Below, one piece after another: positions 28,795-38,426 of a stretch of DNA of 64,000 nt. The position numbers and the translations under genes are program-made. The stretch comes from Candidatus Heimdallarchaeota archaeon (GTDB taxonomy: Archaea; Asgardarchaeota; Heimdallarchaeia; Heimdallarchaeales; Heimdallarchaeaceae). The stretch lies in the NCBI GenBank assembly GCA_016840095.1, contig JAEOSZ010000111.1, forward strand, positions 64,001 through 128,000, given 5' to 3'. The notes beneath the pieces are model-generated. The model was not told where the DNA came from and did no database searches. It was given only the letters and a program-made list of their open reading frames with translations. How positions within the stretch are numbered: position 1 is the first letter of the stretch; every line of letters begins with the position of its first letter.

Positions 28795-29157
28795 TCATTC
28801 TTCTTCTGTTTGAAATTTGATGTAATAAGAACCATCTTTATTTCGACTTATAATTGGTTTAGTGTCACCATTTTCTGTAAGTAATTTTTCTATATCTACT
28901 TCAAAAATTCCTTCACTTGTAAGTCTGATTGCTTCTAGTCCATCTTTTATATCAGTTTGATGAATCTCTTTCTCGACAATAAGATCAAGTTCTTCCTCTT
29001 TCTTCTGGTCAGTAGATCTTTCCTTATAGGTTTTGAATTTAAATGACCCACAATGTGGGCATCCATTAAGTAGAATTTGACTGTTCAATTCAAGTTCTTG
29101 TTCGCATAATGCACAAATTGTGATTTTATTAGATGGATTTGACATATAATCACACAT
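28795..29157 (-). CDS. oapC: OapC/DUF2072 Zn-ribbon protein
   Basis: CALC..ILLNGCPHCGSFKF, EAIRL..GIFEVDI and DGSYYI motifs. Confidence 0.8.
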   Translation of the reverse strand: MCDYMSNPSNKITICALCEQELELNSQILLNGCPHCGSFKFKTYKERSTDQKKEEELDLIVEKEIHQTDIKDGLEAIRLTSEGIFEVDIEKLLTENGDTKPIISRNKDGSYYIKFQTEEE

Positions 29158-29173
29158 TCTTCTTGTTTATCAT

Positions 29174-30034
29174 TTATTCAAGTTTAATACTAGAATTATA
29201 TAGGAAAGGACCTCTATGATCACATTTTGGACATCCTTTTCTTTCTAATTCTTCTATAGTATTGAAACCTCCTTCAGAACCAACAGTAAAGACTTCACCA
29301 CATATCGTTTTACAGCTATAAGTTTGCAACTTACTATTACTCTCTCTATAATACATCGGTCCATAATAGTGATTAGGAATTGTTTCTTTTGAATTTGCTT
29401 TTACTTTGATAATGTACATATCTGATACAGATTTGTTCAGTGGTGTATCATGTTCATATGTATTGAAGTCTGTTTTTTTCTCTTCAATTTCTAAGTTCAT
29501 TTTCTCAATCAATTTTTCTAGAATACACATCCTTTCATCTTGAATATCAAAGGAAAGGAAAATTTTGGAGGATGTATTCTTGTTTGCACATTGAACAGCT
29601 CTTGTTAAACCTATTTCCAATCCTTCCTCAGTCATTGGAGGTTCAAGAAAGATATAGTCGAATTGATCTTTGAGAATAATTATCATTCTGATTCTAATAT
29701 CATGGTTTACATATCTTATAGATCTGATTTTTTGCTTAACTTTCATATTAAAAACGATTTCAGGTATTCGTTTGTCAATGTCTAAAACTGCTAAATCCTT
29801 TGGTTTTGAAAGAACTCCGATAGGTAAAGAAGTCAAGTCCATATCTCCTAGAAAAATTATCCTCTTTCCATTATATTCATCAGGATTTATAACTAGAGCT
29901 CTCTCTAAACTCGAGCTTTTTGTAACAAAATATTGATCAAGCTCCTTATTTGGTGTCCCTCGCAGTTCATTCAATTCAAGAAAAGCTTTGTCAATTTTTT
30001 CAAAAAGCTCATCTTTTCCTGGATTTATACTCAT
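29174..30034 (-). CDS. Branched-chain polyamine synthase (BpsA/DUF43)-like protein with C-terminal Cys motifs
   Basis: LDQ, IFLGDMDLTSL, LDIDKRI, FD..F.EPP.T..GL and FN.Y motifs. Confidence 0.65.
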   Translation of the reverse strand: MSINPGKDELFEKIDKAFLELNELRGTPNKELDQYFVTKSSSLERALVINPDEYNGKRIIFLGDMDLTSLPIGVLSKPKDLAVLDIDKRIPEIVFNMKVKQKIRSIRYVNHDIRIRMIIILKDQFDYIFLEPPMTEEGLEIGLTRAVQCANKNTSSKIFLSFDIQDERMCILEKLIEKMNLEIEEKKTDFNTYEHDTPLNKSVSDMYIIKVKANSKETIPNHYYGPMYYRESNSKLQTYSCKTICGEVFTVGSEGGFNTIEELERKGCPKCDHRGPFLYNSSIKLE

Positions 30035-30078
30035 TAAGATTGGCTTATTATACTAATTTAAAAAAGGTTCGCTGCATC

Positions 30079-32346
30079 TTAAGAAAGAAAAGTTAGCTGT
30101 TTTAGAACGTTAAATAATTCATCGATTGGAAGCTTCTGTAATTTCTCATTTTCTCTTGTTTTTCTGTCTAATTCTTTAAGCAAAATACTGAACTCGTAGG
30201 CTGATTTAGATAATTGTGCAAATGTTGAATCATATTGAGCAATTGATTGTAAATGATCACTAGCATCCTTTGCTGCCTTAGCACCATCGTTAAAGTGAGA
30301 AGCAGCTTTGTAATTTTCCTTATTTGTATTTGCACCAATTCCGAAAATTGCTTTTTTGGTTGCTTCAAGAAAATCAGTTAGAGCTAGCGATAGAATCTTC
30401 TTAATTTCTATTGCACCCCAATTAATATTTGAATCTTGTAAATTAAACATCTCCTTGTGATTCAACAACTCCAAACAATTTTCTGCAATTCGTTTGTTGA
30501 TTATATCAAATAGTGCAAAATGATTGAAATTATGGTTGATTATGGCAAAATAATTTTCCTTGATAGAATCTTCTCCAGAAAGAGATAATCTATATCCTTT
30601 GGCAATTTTATCGATTACTGTATTCAAAAACAAATATTGTCTTGATAGTTCAAACAACCGCAATTCTACATCTTGTCCTTGAATAAATGTTTGACTATAC
30701 CTGTGCTCTACCCACTCTTTATCAATAATTGATTCACTACTGAGTTGAGATATTTCAAGAGCCTTTGTAGAGTAATAATGAGCTTTTGCATGATATATTA
30801 TATCCAAAACTTCGTTTGATTCTTTTTCTGCAAGATTTTGTTCTAAATACATAGAATTAGCTAAAAACTCCAAACACTCTATGTCTTTTACAATGTAAAC
30901 TTTCTTTTCTGTTTTAGGAAGAAAGTATGCAGAAATTTTTACTGTTCCTATATTCTCTAACAGAGGTTGGATATCATCAAGTTTTATTTTAGTATCTGCT
31001 TTCTCTATTTCTATTAATTGTGTAGAAATATCATTGATTGCATATTCCAGTCTTTCAATAAAACGAACAAGATTCTGTTCTGCTTTTTTCATTGCTTCAG
31101 AGAGAGGAGTATCTTCAAGAAGAGCAATTTTAAGTTCTTGAACAAAATTAAGATAAACAAAGGGGAGACTACTAACATAGTTGATATTTACTTTCAGATC
31201 TGGTCTGTTAACAATTTCTTCAATTTCTTCAACAATACCTTGGATATTTTCCTTTTTGTTATCTGTTATAGTACTGTTCAACAAAGAGGTTTTAGCAGCC
31301 AGTTCTGCAATTCCATGAAAGAAGCTATGTACTGTTTGATCTTTCTTTATACCTTCTTTCAGAGCTAAGGTCCTTTCGGTCATTTCTACATTAGAATCTA
31401 AGATTGTTAGTGCCTCTCCTTCAAGTCCCAAAACTAAGTTCAAGTACTCTACACTTGCAATAAAACTATTACTTTTAGCTGCTTCAAAGCTCAATCTTAA
31501 ATAATGATCTATAAGTTCCTTGTTTCTTTGAGCTTGGTTTAAAGAGATGTGGCTAGTTTCAATTTCTTTTCCTTTTAATTCTGGATCTTCAGGAATTTGC
31601 TTATAATAATCTAGTGCGGTTTCAAGGTGACTTAAGCTTCTCTCAAATGCAAAATGAGTGGCTACTGAATCTTTCCACCACCAATCTTCTCCTAATCGTT
31701 TTAGAAATTGTGCAGTGAATGATACATCAAATTCTGCCATAATTAGTTCATAAGCACCTTTTTCCTCAATTAATTTCTCTTCACTATAACCGTTTGGTGA
31801 TTCTTCTAGTAGATGAATAATCTGTTGTTTTTGATTAAGCAAAAGGAAAGTTAGCATCACTTCTTCAATATTTGAAGCTCTTGGATGAGAGGAGTCAAAA
31901 TAGGTTTGTGAAATAGTGTTGAGTATTCTATATCCTTCGATATATGCAGTACAATATTCAGGTGATGGTTGAGTTCCAAAAATTCCTGTATTTACAATAT
32001 CTGCATAAATGATCATTAGAATTGCTAGTTCCATTTGAAACTCTTGTAAATCTTCTAATTTTTGAGTAATTATGCCTTTTCTCTCCTCATCTGCATCTAT
32101 TTGTACTCTGTCTCTTGTCCATTCATCCAGAAAACGACTATAGAGAAGATGAGATAATGAAGAAACATTCGAAAGAGTATCAGCACAGAATCGCGAAAAA
32201 TCTAACCAAACTTGACTAATTTCATCCAAATCATCAATTTGTACAAAAGATTGGTAAATTCTTTCACGTTCTAATTCCATTAATACAAACTGCTTGAATG
32301 GTGAATCACTAAGTAGCTTGACTATCTCTTTCGAAAATAACATCAT
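30079..32346 (-). CDS. Large predicted all-alpha hypothetical protein
   Basis: 755-aa uninterrupted ORF, Leu/Glu-rich amphipathic helices, no recognised motif. Confidence 0.6.
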   Translation of the reverse strand: MMLFSKEIVKLLSDSPFKQFVLMELERERIYQSFVQIDDLDEISQVWLDFSRFCADTLSNVSSLSHLLYSRFLDEWTRDRVQIDADEERKGIITQKLEDLQEFQMELAILMIIYADIVNTGIFGTQPSPEYCTAYIEGYRILNTISQTYFDSSHPRASNIEEVMLTFLLLNQKQQIIHLLEESPNGYSEEKLIEEKGAYELIMAEFDVSFTAQFLKRLGEDWWWKDSVATHFAFERSLSHLETALDYYKQIPEDPELKGKEIETSHISLNQAQRNKELIDHYLRLSFEAAKSNSFIASVEYLNLVLGLEGEALTILDSNVEMTERTLALKEGIKKDQTVHSFFHGIAELAAKTSLLNSTITDNKKENIQGIVEEIEEIVNRPDLKVNINYVSSLPFVYLNFVQELKIALLEDTPLSEAMKKAEQNLVRFIERLEYAINDISTQLIEIEKADTKIKLDDIQPLLENIGTVKISAYFLPKTEKKVYIVKDIECLEFLANSMYLEQNLAEKESNEVLDIIYHAKAHYYSTKALEISQLSSESIIDKEWVEHRYSQTFIQGQDVELRLFELSRQYLFLNTVIDKIAKGYRLSLSGEDSIKENYFAIINHNFNHFALFDIINKRIAENCLELLNHKEMFNLQDSNINWGAIEIKKILSLALTDFLEATKKAIFGIGANTNKENYKAASHFNDGAKAAKDASDHLQSIAQYDSTFAQLSKSAYEFSILLKELDRKTRENEKLQKLPIDELFNVLKQLTFLS

Positions 32347-32423
32347 TTATTGTTTCGCTGAATAGTAAAAAAACGTTTTGTAACTCTCTATTACAGCTAA
32401 TGATGAAAAAGACTGTTTTCTTA

Positions 32424-32690
32424 CTAAGAATTAGTCTTCTCTTCTTTACCTTCTTTGTACCATTCTGGTTCTCTTAGCTCTCCAAGATTTTTATTAAACT
32501 CCTGAACAAGTTTTCTAGCTTGAGAATTTGTTTCAACAGCTATTTTTTCTACTTTACTAAGATTGATTCTATGTTCACAGTATGGACACATTTTAGTTTT
32601 TTGAGTTGCTTTACAATAACTAAACTTCCCACAAGAAATTTTGATGCAGCGTATAACATAATATTCATTTCTAATACTATTACTCTCCAA
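32424..32690 (-). CDS. DUF1922-like Zn-ribbon protein
   Basis: YYVIRC...CG ... KTKMCPYC ... ARKLVQE. Confidence 0.7.
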   Translation of the reverse strand: MESNSIRNEYYVIRCIKISCGKFSYCKATQKTKMCPYCEHRINLSKVEKIAVETNSQARKLVQEFNKNLGELREPEWYKEGKEEKTNS

Positions 32691-33102
32691 CTATTGTGAC
32701 TGCAACTCTTCGAGATCTAGGTCTAACATCTAAGCAAACAAACACTGGTTGTTGCCATGTACCTAATTGTAATTTTCCATCTATTATTGATATCGAGATG
32801 CTTGGTCCAATTAAAGATGCTCGAAGATGGGAATGTGCATTAGAATCAATAAAATCATGTTTATAGCCAGCTCCTTTTGGAATTAACTTGTGAAGTATTT
32901 GTTTAAAGTCATCTAAGACACCACTCTCATATTCTATTGTTGTTAAGGCACCAGTGGATCCTATAGTATTTGCTGATAGAACTCCGTTTTTCACTGCTGA
33001 TTTTGCAACTATTGAACTGAGCTCTCTTGTTAAATCAATGATATCGATTTCACCGTTTGTATTGAACTGAATAACCTTTGAGAGAACCTGCATTCTGAAC
33101 AC
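32680..33102 (-). CDS. YjbQ/UPF0047 family protein
   Basis: IEYESG, NAHSHLRASLIG and LGTWQ motifs. Confidence 0.92.
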   Translation of the reverse strand: MFRMQVLSKVIQFNTNGEIDIIDLTRELSSIVAKSAVKNGVLSANTIGSTGALTTIEYESGVLDDFKQILHKLIPKGAGYKHDFIDSNAHSHLRASLIGPSISISIIDGKLQLGTWQQPVFVCLDVRPRSRRVAVTIVGE

Positions 33103-33228
33103 CTTGTTAATCTATGTCTTATCTATGTGATGTTTGTTAAAAATCAATCGGTAACAGAATTACTTTATCTATTGTGAAGACTTCCAAAAGAAATAAGAAT
33201 TAGATTCGCACAATAGTTTTAGAGAAAC

Positions 33229-33933
33229 ATGTCAGACTCAGAAATAAAAATGAATATTCTGATTGAAGAAGCAAATGCAAATTACAAAGCAAACAGATAC
33301 AAAGATGCTGCAAGAACATTTGAACATCTTATTACTTTAGCTATTCAAAACAATGAACTTGAAGAAGCTATATATTTTGCATATAGAGCAGCTGATTGCT
33401 GGAGGAAGAACAATAACACTATGAATAGAGCAGTTATTTTTAGAGATATAGGAAATATGGCATGTAATTTTAGTGTTCAAATCATAGAAGCTTATTTATC
33501 AAAACTAAAGGATTTGGAGGAGAAAGCCAAAGCTCTTGAAATTGCTGGTGACTGTTTATTGGGAAGGGACACAAAACTTGCTAAAGAAAGATATAATGAA
33601 AGCATTGATATCTATAATCAACTTGCAGAAAAGGATAAAGATTCAAACAAAAAGGTTCAGTTCTTAAGAGATGCCTTGGAAGTTACTATAAAACTTGATA
33701 ACGCAAAAGCAAAGAAAGAACTAATGATAAGAATTGCGAACACTCATATTTCACTATCAGAGGATGAAATGAAGAAAGACACACCTGAAGGAATACAAGT
33801 AGCTTTAAGATCCTATGAAGATGCCCTTGAGATGTTTAAAGAACTAAAAATGAAAGAAGATACTCAAGTAATCACAAAGAAAATAGCGGAATTAAAGAAG
33901 AAAGTAGAAGAATACGACCCATTTGCAACCTAG
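33229..33933 (+). CDS. TPR/alpha-SNAP-like helical repeat protein
   Basis: Repeated A..Y/F..AADC and AGDC helical hairpins. Confidence 0.55.
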   Translation: MSDSEIKMNILIEEANANYKANRYKDAARTFEHLITLAIQNNELEEAIYFAYRAADCWRKNNNTMNRAVIFRDIGNMACNFSVQIIEAYLSKLKDLEEKAKALEIAGDCLLGRDTKLAKERYNESIDIYNQLAEKDKDSNKKVQFLRDALEVTIKLDNAKAKKELMIRIANTHISLSEDEMKKDTPEGIQVALRSYEDALEMFKELKMKEDTQVITKKIAELKKKVEEYDPFAT

Positions 33934-34033
33934 ATTATATTCTCTTTGCAGAAATTTAGTGTTAATAACAATAGTATTTTTATTTCAGATAACAAAAATA
34001 TAAAAGAGTAAGATATTTAAACAAAAACAATCT

Positions 34034-34110
34034 GATCCCGTAGCTCAGTTGGATAGAGCGTTTGCCTCCTAAGCAAATGGTCGTGCGTTCGAATCGCATC
34101 GGGATCGCCA
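34034..34110 (+). tRNA. tRNA-Arg(CCT)
   Basis: Acceptor GATCCCG/CGGGATC, anticodon arm TTTGC-CTCCTAA-GCAAA, T-loop GTTCGAATC, encoded CCA. Confidence 0.95.
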
Positions 34111-34137
34111 ATCTTCTATTAAATTCCACCTAAAAAA

Positions 34138-34689
34138 GTGGTAGAAATGAAACAATCTGTCTCAGTACAAATTCCAGTTTATATTAGTAACTTCAAAACA
34201 TGTAATCCAAAAATCTGTACTGCAGTCAGAGTGCTAAAATTCAAGAAAGCTAAACCTATTTTAATAGAACAGATTAATCCAAAACATATTGTTTTAACTC
34301 CTTTTGCAGAATATGCTTTATCTCCTATAGATAGGGAAAGAGCTAAGATTCATGGTTTAGTTGGTGTAGATTGTTCGTGGAATGATATAGAGGGGGGAAG
34401 AAAAGCTTTAGACAAAGGAACTGGTCGAGCTTTACCGTTTCTTATCGCTGCTAATCCCAATAATTATGGAACCCCTTCTAAACTCAGCACTCTTGAAGCT
34501 GTGGCATCAGCTTTGTATATACTAGGTTCAGAAAAGCAAAGTAGAGCTATGTTGTCTTTGGTAAGCTGGGGAAATGAATTCCATAAAATTAACGAAGACT
34601 ATTTGAAAAAGTACTCTGAAGCGAACGATAGTAGTGATGTTATTAAAATACAGAAAAAGATAATGGATAAACTATATAATGAGAAATAA
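34138..34689 (+). CDS. tsr3: SSU rRNA aminocarboxypropyltransferase Tsr3
   Basis: CNPKICT, VDCSWN, RALPFLIAANP.NYG and KLSTLEA motifs. Confidence 0.92.
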   Translation: MVEMKQSVSVQIPVYISNFKTCNPKICTAVRVLKFKKAKPILIEQINPKHIVLTPFAEYALSPIDRERAKIHGLVGVDCSWNDIEGGRKALDKGTGRALPFLIAANPNNYGTPSKLSTLEAVASALYILGSEKQSRAMLSLVSWGNEFHKINEDYLKKYSEANDSSDVIKIQKKIMDKLYNEK

Positions 34690-34734
34690 ACAGCTTTTCT
34701 AGAAAATGTTCAGTTACAGAATTTTTTTTAATAT

Positions 34735-35877
34735 GTGATTTCATTGAAGAGTGATATGAAAATAGGAATTAACTGCTTTCCAACTGTGGGCGGTTCAGGT
34801 ATTGTTGCAACACAACTAGCTATCGAACTTGCCAAAAAAGGTCATGATATCCATCTTATTAGTTACGACACCCCATTTTTACTAAGGACTTTTAGACACC
34901 CCAATATTACTCTAGATTTGGTTGACATTATTTCCTATCCCTTGTTTAAAGATATTGGAGCTCCTTATACAATTTTAGCTGGTTCAAAATTGGCAAAAAT
35001 CGCAGAAAAATCTGATCTTGATTTACTTCATATACACTATGCTATTCCTACGGGAGTATCTGCATATCTTGCAAAACAGATTTCTAATGTGCCTGTTGCA
35101 ATTACTGCTCATGGTTCAGATATACATACACTAGGAATAGATCCAGCCTACAATCCTGTTATATCACATGTTTTTGATAACATTGATGGTTTGTCAACTG
35201 TATCAGAATACATGAAAAGGGAGATGGAAGAAAAATTTTCGCATAGTAAGGACATCGAGGTTTTATACAATCCTATTGATATTGAGAAGTACAAAAGAAT
35301 AGATACTAAGCTTTGTGATTTTAGAATACAATATGAGAATAATTTTGTACATGTTTCAAACTTCAGACCTGTAAAAAATGCTCCATTTATCGTTGAATCA
35401 TTTGCTGAAGTTGTAAAAGAACATCCTGATACAGGTTTAATTATGGTTGGAGAAGGACCTGAGAGAAAGAAATGTGAAGAACTGGCAAACAAATTAAATA
35501 TCAGAGATAATGTTATATTCCAAGGAGTAAGGGTTTCAATCACTCCAATCTATAACTGTGCTTCAGCTCTAATATCTGCCAGTAGCAATGAGAGTTTTGG
35601 TTTAACTTTAGCAGAAGCAATGTCTTGTGAAACTCCAGTTATTGCACCTAAAGTAGGTGGAATTCCAGAAGTAATAGACCATGAAATTAATGGCTATGTC
35701 TACGAATTAGGAAACAATGAAATGTTAACAAAATATATGCTAGAATTGCTAGAAGATTCCCGAAAAGTAAGAGAGATGGGTGCTAAAGGTAGACAAAAAG
35801 TTGTAGAAAAATTTGAAGCAAGTAAAATTGCAGATAGATATGTTAATTGGTACGAAAGAATTCTTGAAGAACTATAA
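34735..35877 (+). CDS. bshA: N-acetyl-alpha-D-glucosaminyl L-malate synthase (GT4)
   Basis: MKIGINCFPTVGGSGIVAT, YPLF, HIHYAIP, HGSDI, HVSNFRPVK and ESFGL: BshA-type motifs. Confidence 0.88.
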   Translation: MISLKSDMKIGINCFPTVGGSGIVATQLAIELAKKGHDIHLISYDTPFLLRTFRHPNITLDLVDIISYPLFKDIGAPYTILAGSKLAKIAEKSDLDLLHIHYAIPTGVSAYLAKQISNVPVAITAHGSDIHTLGIDPAYNPVISHVFDNIDGLSTVSEYMKREMEEKFSHSKDIEVLYNPIDIEKYKRIDTKLCDFRIQYENNFVHVSNFRPVKNAPFIVESFAEVVKEHPDTGLIMVGEGPERKKCEELANKLNIRDNVIFQGVRVSITPIYNCASALISASSNESFGLTLAEAMSCETPVIAPKVGGIPEVIDHEINGYVYELGNNEMLTKYMLELLEDSRKVREMGAKGRQKVVEKFEASKIADRYVNWYERILEEL

Positions 35878-37494
35878 TCGAGCATTAATATATCCAATTC
35901 CTCCTATTGGAGAATCTTCAGAATAGTAGCGTCGATATGATGCTAAATAATCACTTAAACCTGTTACACTTGCCATGATGAACCAAGGCCAACTTACTTC
36001 TTGCCATTTGTGATTATCATCATACATTCCAAACTGCCAAGATTTGTATTTCTCAATATTACTATTTTGTTTATCGGAGATTTTTGTTATTTCTAACATT
36101 TTTGCTTCAATAATCTTTGCAAGATTACTAGATTCAGCTGTCAATTGTTCTTGTTCTCCCTTCCTTCTAGCTTTGGCTAATCGTCCTAAAGTTTTAAAGA
36201 AATCTCCTGCAAAAAGAGATAAAGTCTCATCTCCAAGCTCTTGATTTAGATTTTCAATCCATGGAGTATTATATAACATTCTTGTATATTTTACATATAT
36301 TGGAAACTGAAGGCCTATTTTTCTAGTTGCTGGAATTACTTGAGCATTGTAGTTTATCTCTCCTGGACCAGAAACTCTGATGTATACTGGCATTATAGAT
36401 TGAAGCAGAGCTTGATTAGTATCTAATCGAGGTACTAATCTCAATGGAAGATTAGATAGATCAATGTTTTTTTTATCCACGACAAAAGAGTAGACTGTTT
36501 TATCGTTTGGACATATCCCAGTGAAGTAAAGTGAGTCTTCCTTATCTTTGCAAGATAATTGAATCCTGTGACCATCTTTTGGACTCTCATAAAAGAAAGG
36601 AGCGTAATCTTCATCTTTCTTTGCAGTTGTAAACTGATATCCCAATTTTTCAATTGCTTCTGTAGCTTTATTAAATTCTTCAATATATTCAGTTCGTTTT
36701 TTGATAAAGGGTCTGTATCCATCAACTGATAGTTTCCTTATCTCTGGATGAGATGAAGGAAAGAAAACAACACCCCAATCATTGAAGATATTGGCTTGGA
36801 TTCCCCAGAGTAAAGTTATCCATTCTCCTATATCTTTGGAAGATCTATAAGTTTCTCTAATGAAAGTGAGAATATGGTCTACTTTTTCTGTGAAAACCTT
36901 CTGAGAGGTTTTATCCAGGGAGGTTCTAAACTCGTTAAAGATATTTCTAATAATAGAAAGATTTTCTTCAAGCCATAAATATTCATTTGAAGCAATTTTG
37001 CTAGAAACTAAACCATCAATTGCACTAGTTAACGAAATTGGTTTGCTTGCAGATGATTGATTATTGGGAAGATGAATGGTAGTGATTTCAGGTTGAATAC
37101 TATCATGAGTATTAACTAAGAACATAGGAACTAAGTAATGATTTTTCATTTTACTAACATCTGAGATTGCAGCAACTGTAGCAATTTTATTCCCAATTAT
37201 ACCTGAACCCCCAAAAATTGTAGCTTGTTGTCCCCCTAAAACTACTCCTTTGTGAATTAAATCAATATTGGCTTCAACTTTTGATGTCAGTAAACCCAAA
37301 TCTTGGTGATAATTTTTGAGTACACGTTTCAACTCTTCTATCTTATTGGAATCAATTGTAATTTTAGGCAATTCTTTAGCTACCTGAATTGAGTCTGAAA
37401 TTGTTCGAGGAACGTTTCCATAGAAATACTTGATATCTGATTTATTTGATCCATCATTAACGAATTTTTCGTACATATCGCCTATAGTTCCCAT
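35872..37494 (-). CDS. bshC: Bacillithiol cysteine-adding enzyme BshC homolog (divergent)
   Basis: GGQQATIFGG (cf. TGQQ.GLF.G), THD and GPGEINYNAQ (cf. GPGE.AY.AQ); ~540 aa; convergent with bshA. Confidence 0.75.
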   Translation of the reverse strand: MGTIGDMYEKFVNDGSNKSDIKYFYGNVPRTISDSIQVAKELPKITIDSNKIEELKRVLKNYHQDLGLLTSKVEANIDLIHKGVVLGGQQATIFGGSGIIGNKIATVAAISDVSKMKNHYLVPMFLVNTHDSIQPEITTIHLPNNQSSASKPISLTSAIDGLVSSKIASNEYLWLEENLSIIRNIFNEFRTSLDKTSQKVFTEKVDHILTFIRETYRSSKDIGEWITLLWGIQANIFNDWGVVFFPSSHPEIRKLSVDGYRPFIKKRTEYIEEFNKATEAIEKLGYQFTTAKKDEDYAPFFYESPKDGHRIQLSCKDKEDSLYFTGICPNDKTVYSFVVDKKNIDLSNLPLRLVPRLDTNQALLQSIMPVYIRVSGPGEINYNAQVIPATRKIGLQFPIYVKYTRMLYNTPWIENLNQELGDETLSLFAGDFFKTLGRLAKARRKGEQEQLTAESSNLAKIIEAKMLEITKISDKQNSNIEKYKSWQFGMYDDNHKWQEVSWPWFIMASVTGLSDYLASYRRYYSEDSPIGGIGYINARL

Positions 37495-37575
37495 ATTTTA
37501 GAGTAAAATTGTATCTTCTTAATAATTTTTATATGACTTATCTTTTAACTAGTTATAGCTAACAGGTGATAGAAA

Positions 37576-37938
37576 ATGGTTGGAAATCATAATTTTGCTC
37601 ATATAGAATTACCAGTAGATGACGTTTCAAAGGCAAAAGAGTTCTATGAAAAAGTCTTTGATTGGGAAGTTACTATAGAAACAGGATTTGAAGACTATGC
37701 CTTCTTCAGAGAAAGTGAAGATGGAATAGGAGGAGCTTTTCAGAAAGCAGAAAAAATGCTTAATGAAGAAATGATTATTTACATCTCAACTGATGATATT
37801 GGAAAGACCTTCGAAAAGATTATAGCTGCTGGTGGAGAAATAATTCAAGAAAAAACTAAGATTTCAGATGAATATGGGTTTTATGGTAAATTCAAAGATT
37901 CTTGTGGGAATATACTGGGATTATGGACTCGAAATTAG
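37576..37938 (+). CDS. VOC/glyoxalase family protein
   Basis: HIELPVDD..AKEFY.KVF.W, AAGG and FKDSCGN.LGLW motifs. Confidence 0.9.
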   Translation: MVGNHNFAHIELPVDDVSKAKEFYEKVFDWEVTIETGFEDYAFFRESEDGIGGAFQKAEKMLNEEMIIYISTDDIGKTFEKIIAAGGEIIQEKTKISDEYGFYGKFKDSCGNILGLWTRN

Positions 37939-38173
37939 TTTTGACTGCCTTAAATTGCAACAATTTATTTGCATTAGTAGCTCTGAGAAACAATAATCTA
38001 TTGCTATTTTTTTTCTAGATGCCGACATAAACCTAACTACCTATTTTTTCTTCAGTTTTTATCTAAAGAATTAACTAATTATTACTTATTTCATGTTGAT
38101 TCTTACACAAATTTTTTAAATATAGAATTCTTAATGAAACAACAAGAAACAATTCTAAAGGTGAAAACAAGAA

Positions 38174-38338
38174 ATGGCTAAAGAATGCCCCAAATGTCAC
38201 AGTAAGAGTCTGAAAGAAGTGGAGGACAAATCTAAACCAATTGCGTATTTCGGACATCAACCAATCTACAAGAAGAAAATTGTCTGCAAAGACTGCACAT
38301 ATGAATGGTTCGATGAAGGCGGCGCAGAGGCTGGATAA
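38174..38338 (+). CDS. Small Zn-ribbon protein (54 aa), absent from the ORF track
   Basis: My translation: MAKECPKCHSKSLKEVEDKSKPIAYFGHQPIYKKKIVCKDCTYEWFDEGGAEAG*; two CxxC pairs, GGTGA ribosome-binding site upstream, pyrimidine tract downstream. Confidence 0.8.
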   Translation: MAKECPKCHSKSLKEVEDKSKPIAYFGHQPIYKKKIVCKDCTYEWFDEGGAEAG

Positions 38339-38426
38339 CCTTCTCTGTTCTATTTTCTTTCTCTTTCCCTTACAAAATGAAATCTAGATATTATTTCTCT
38401 TCTGTACTCCCAGTAGGGATTCTCTG

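Noticed and set aside
38075-38260. 61-aa minus-strand ORF
   Set aside because: Overlaps the better supported plus-strand Zn-ribbon gene at 38174..38338
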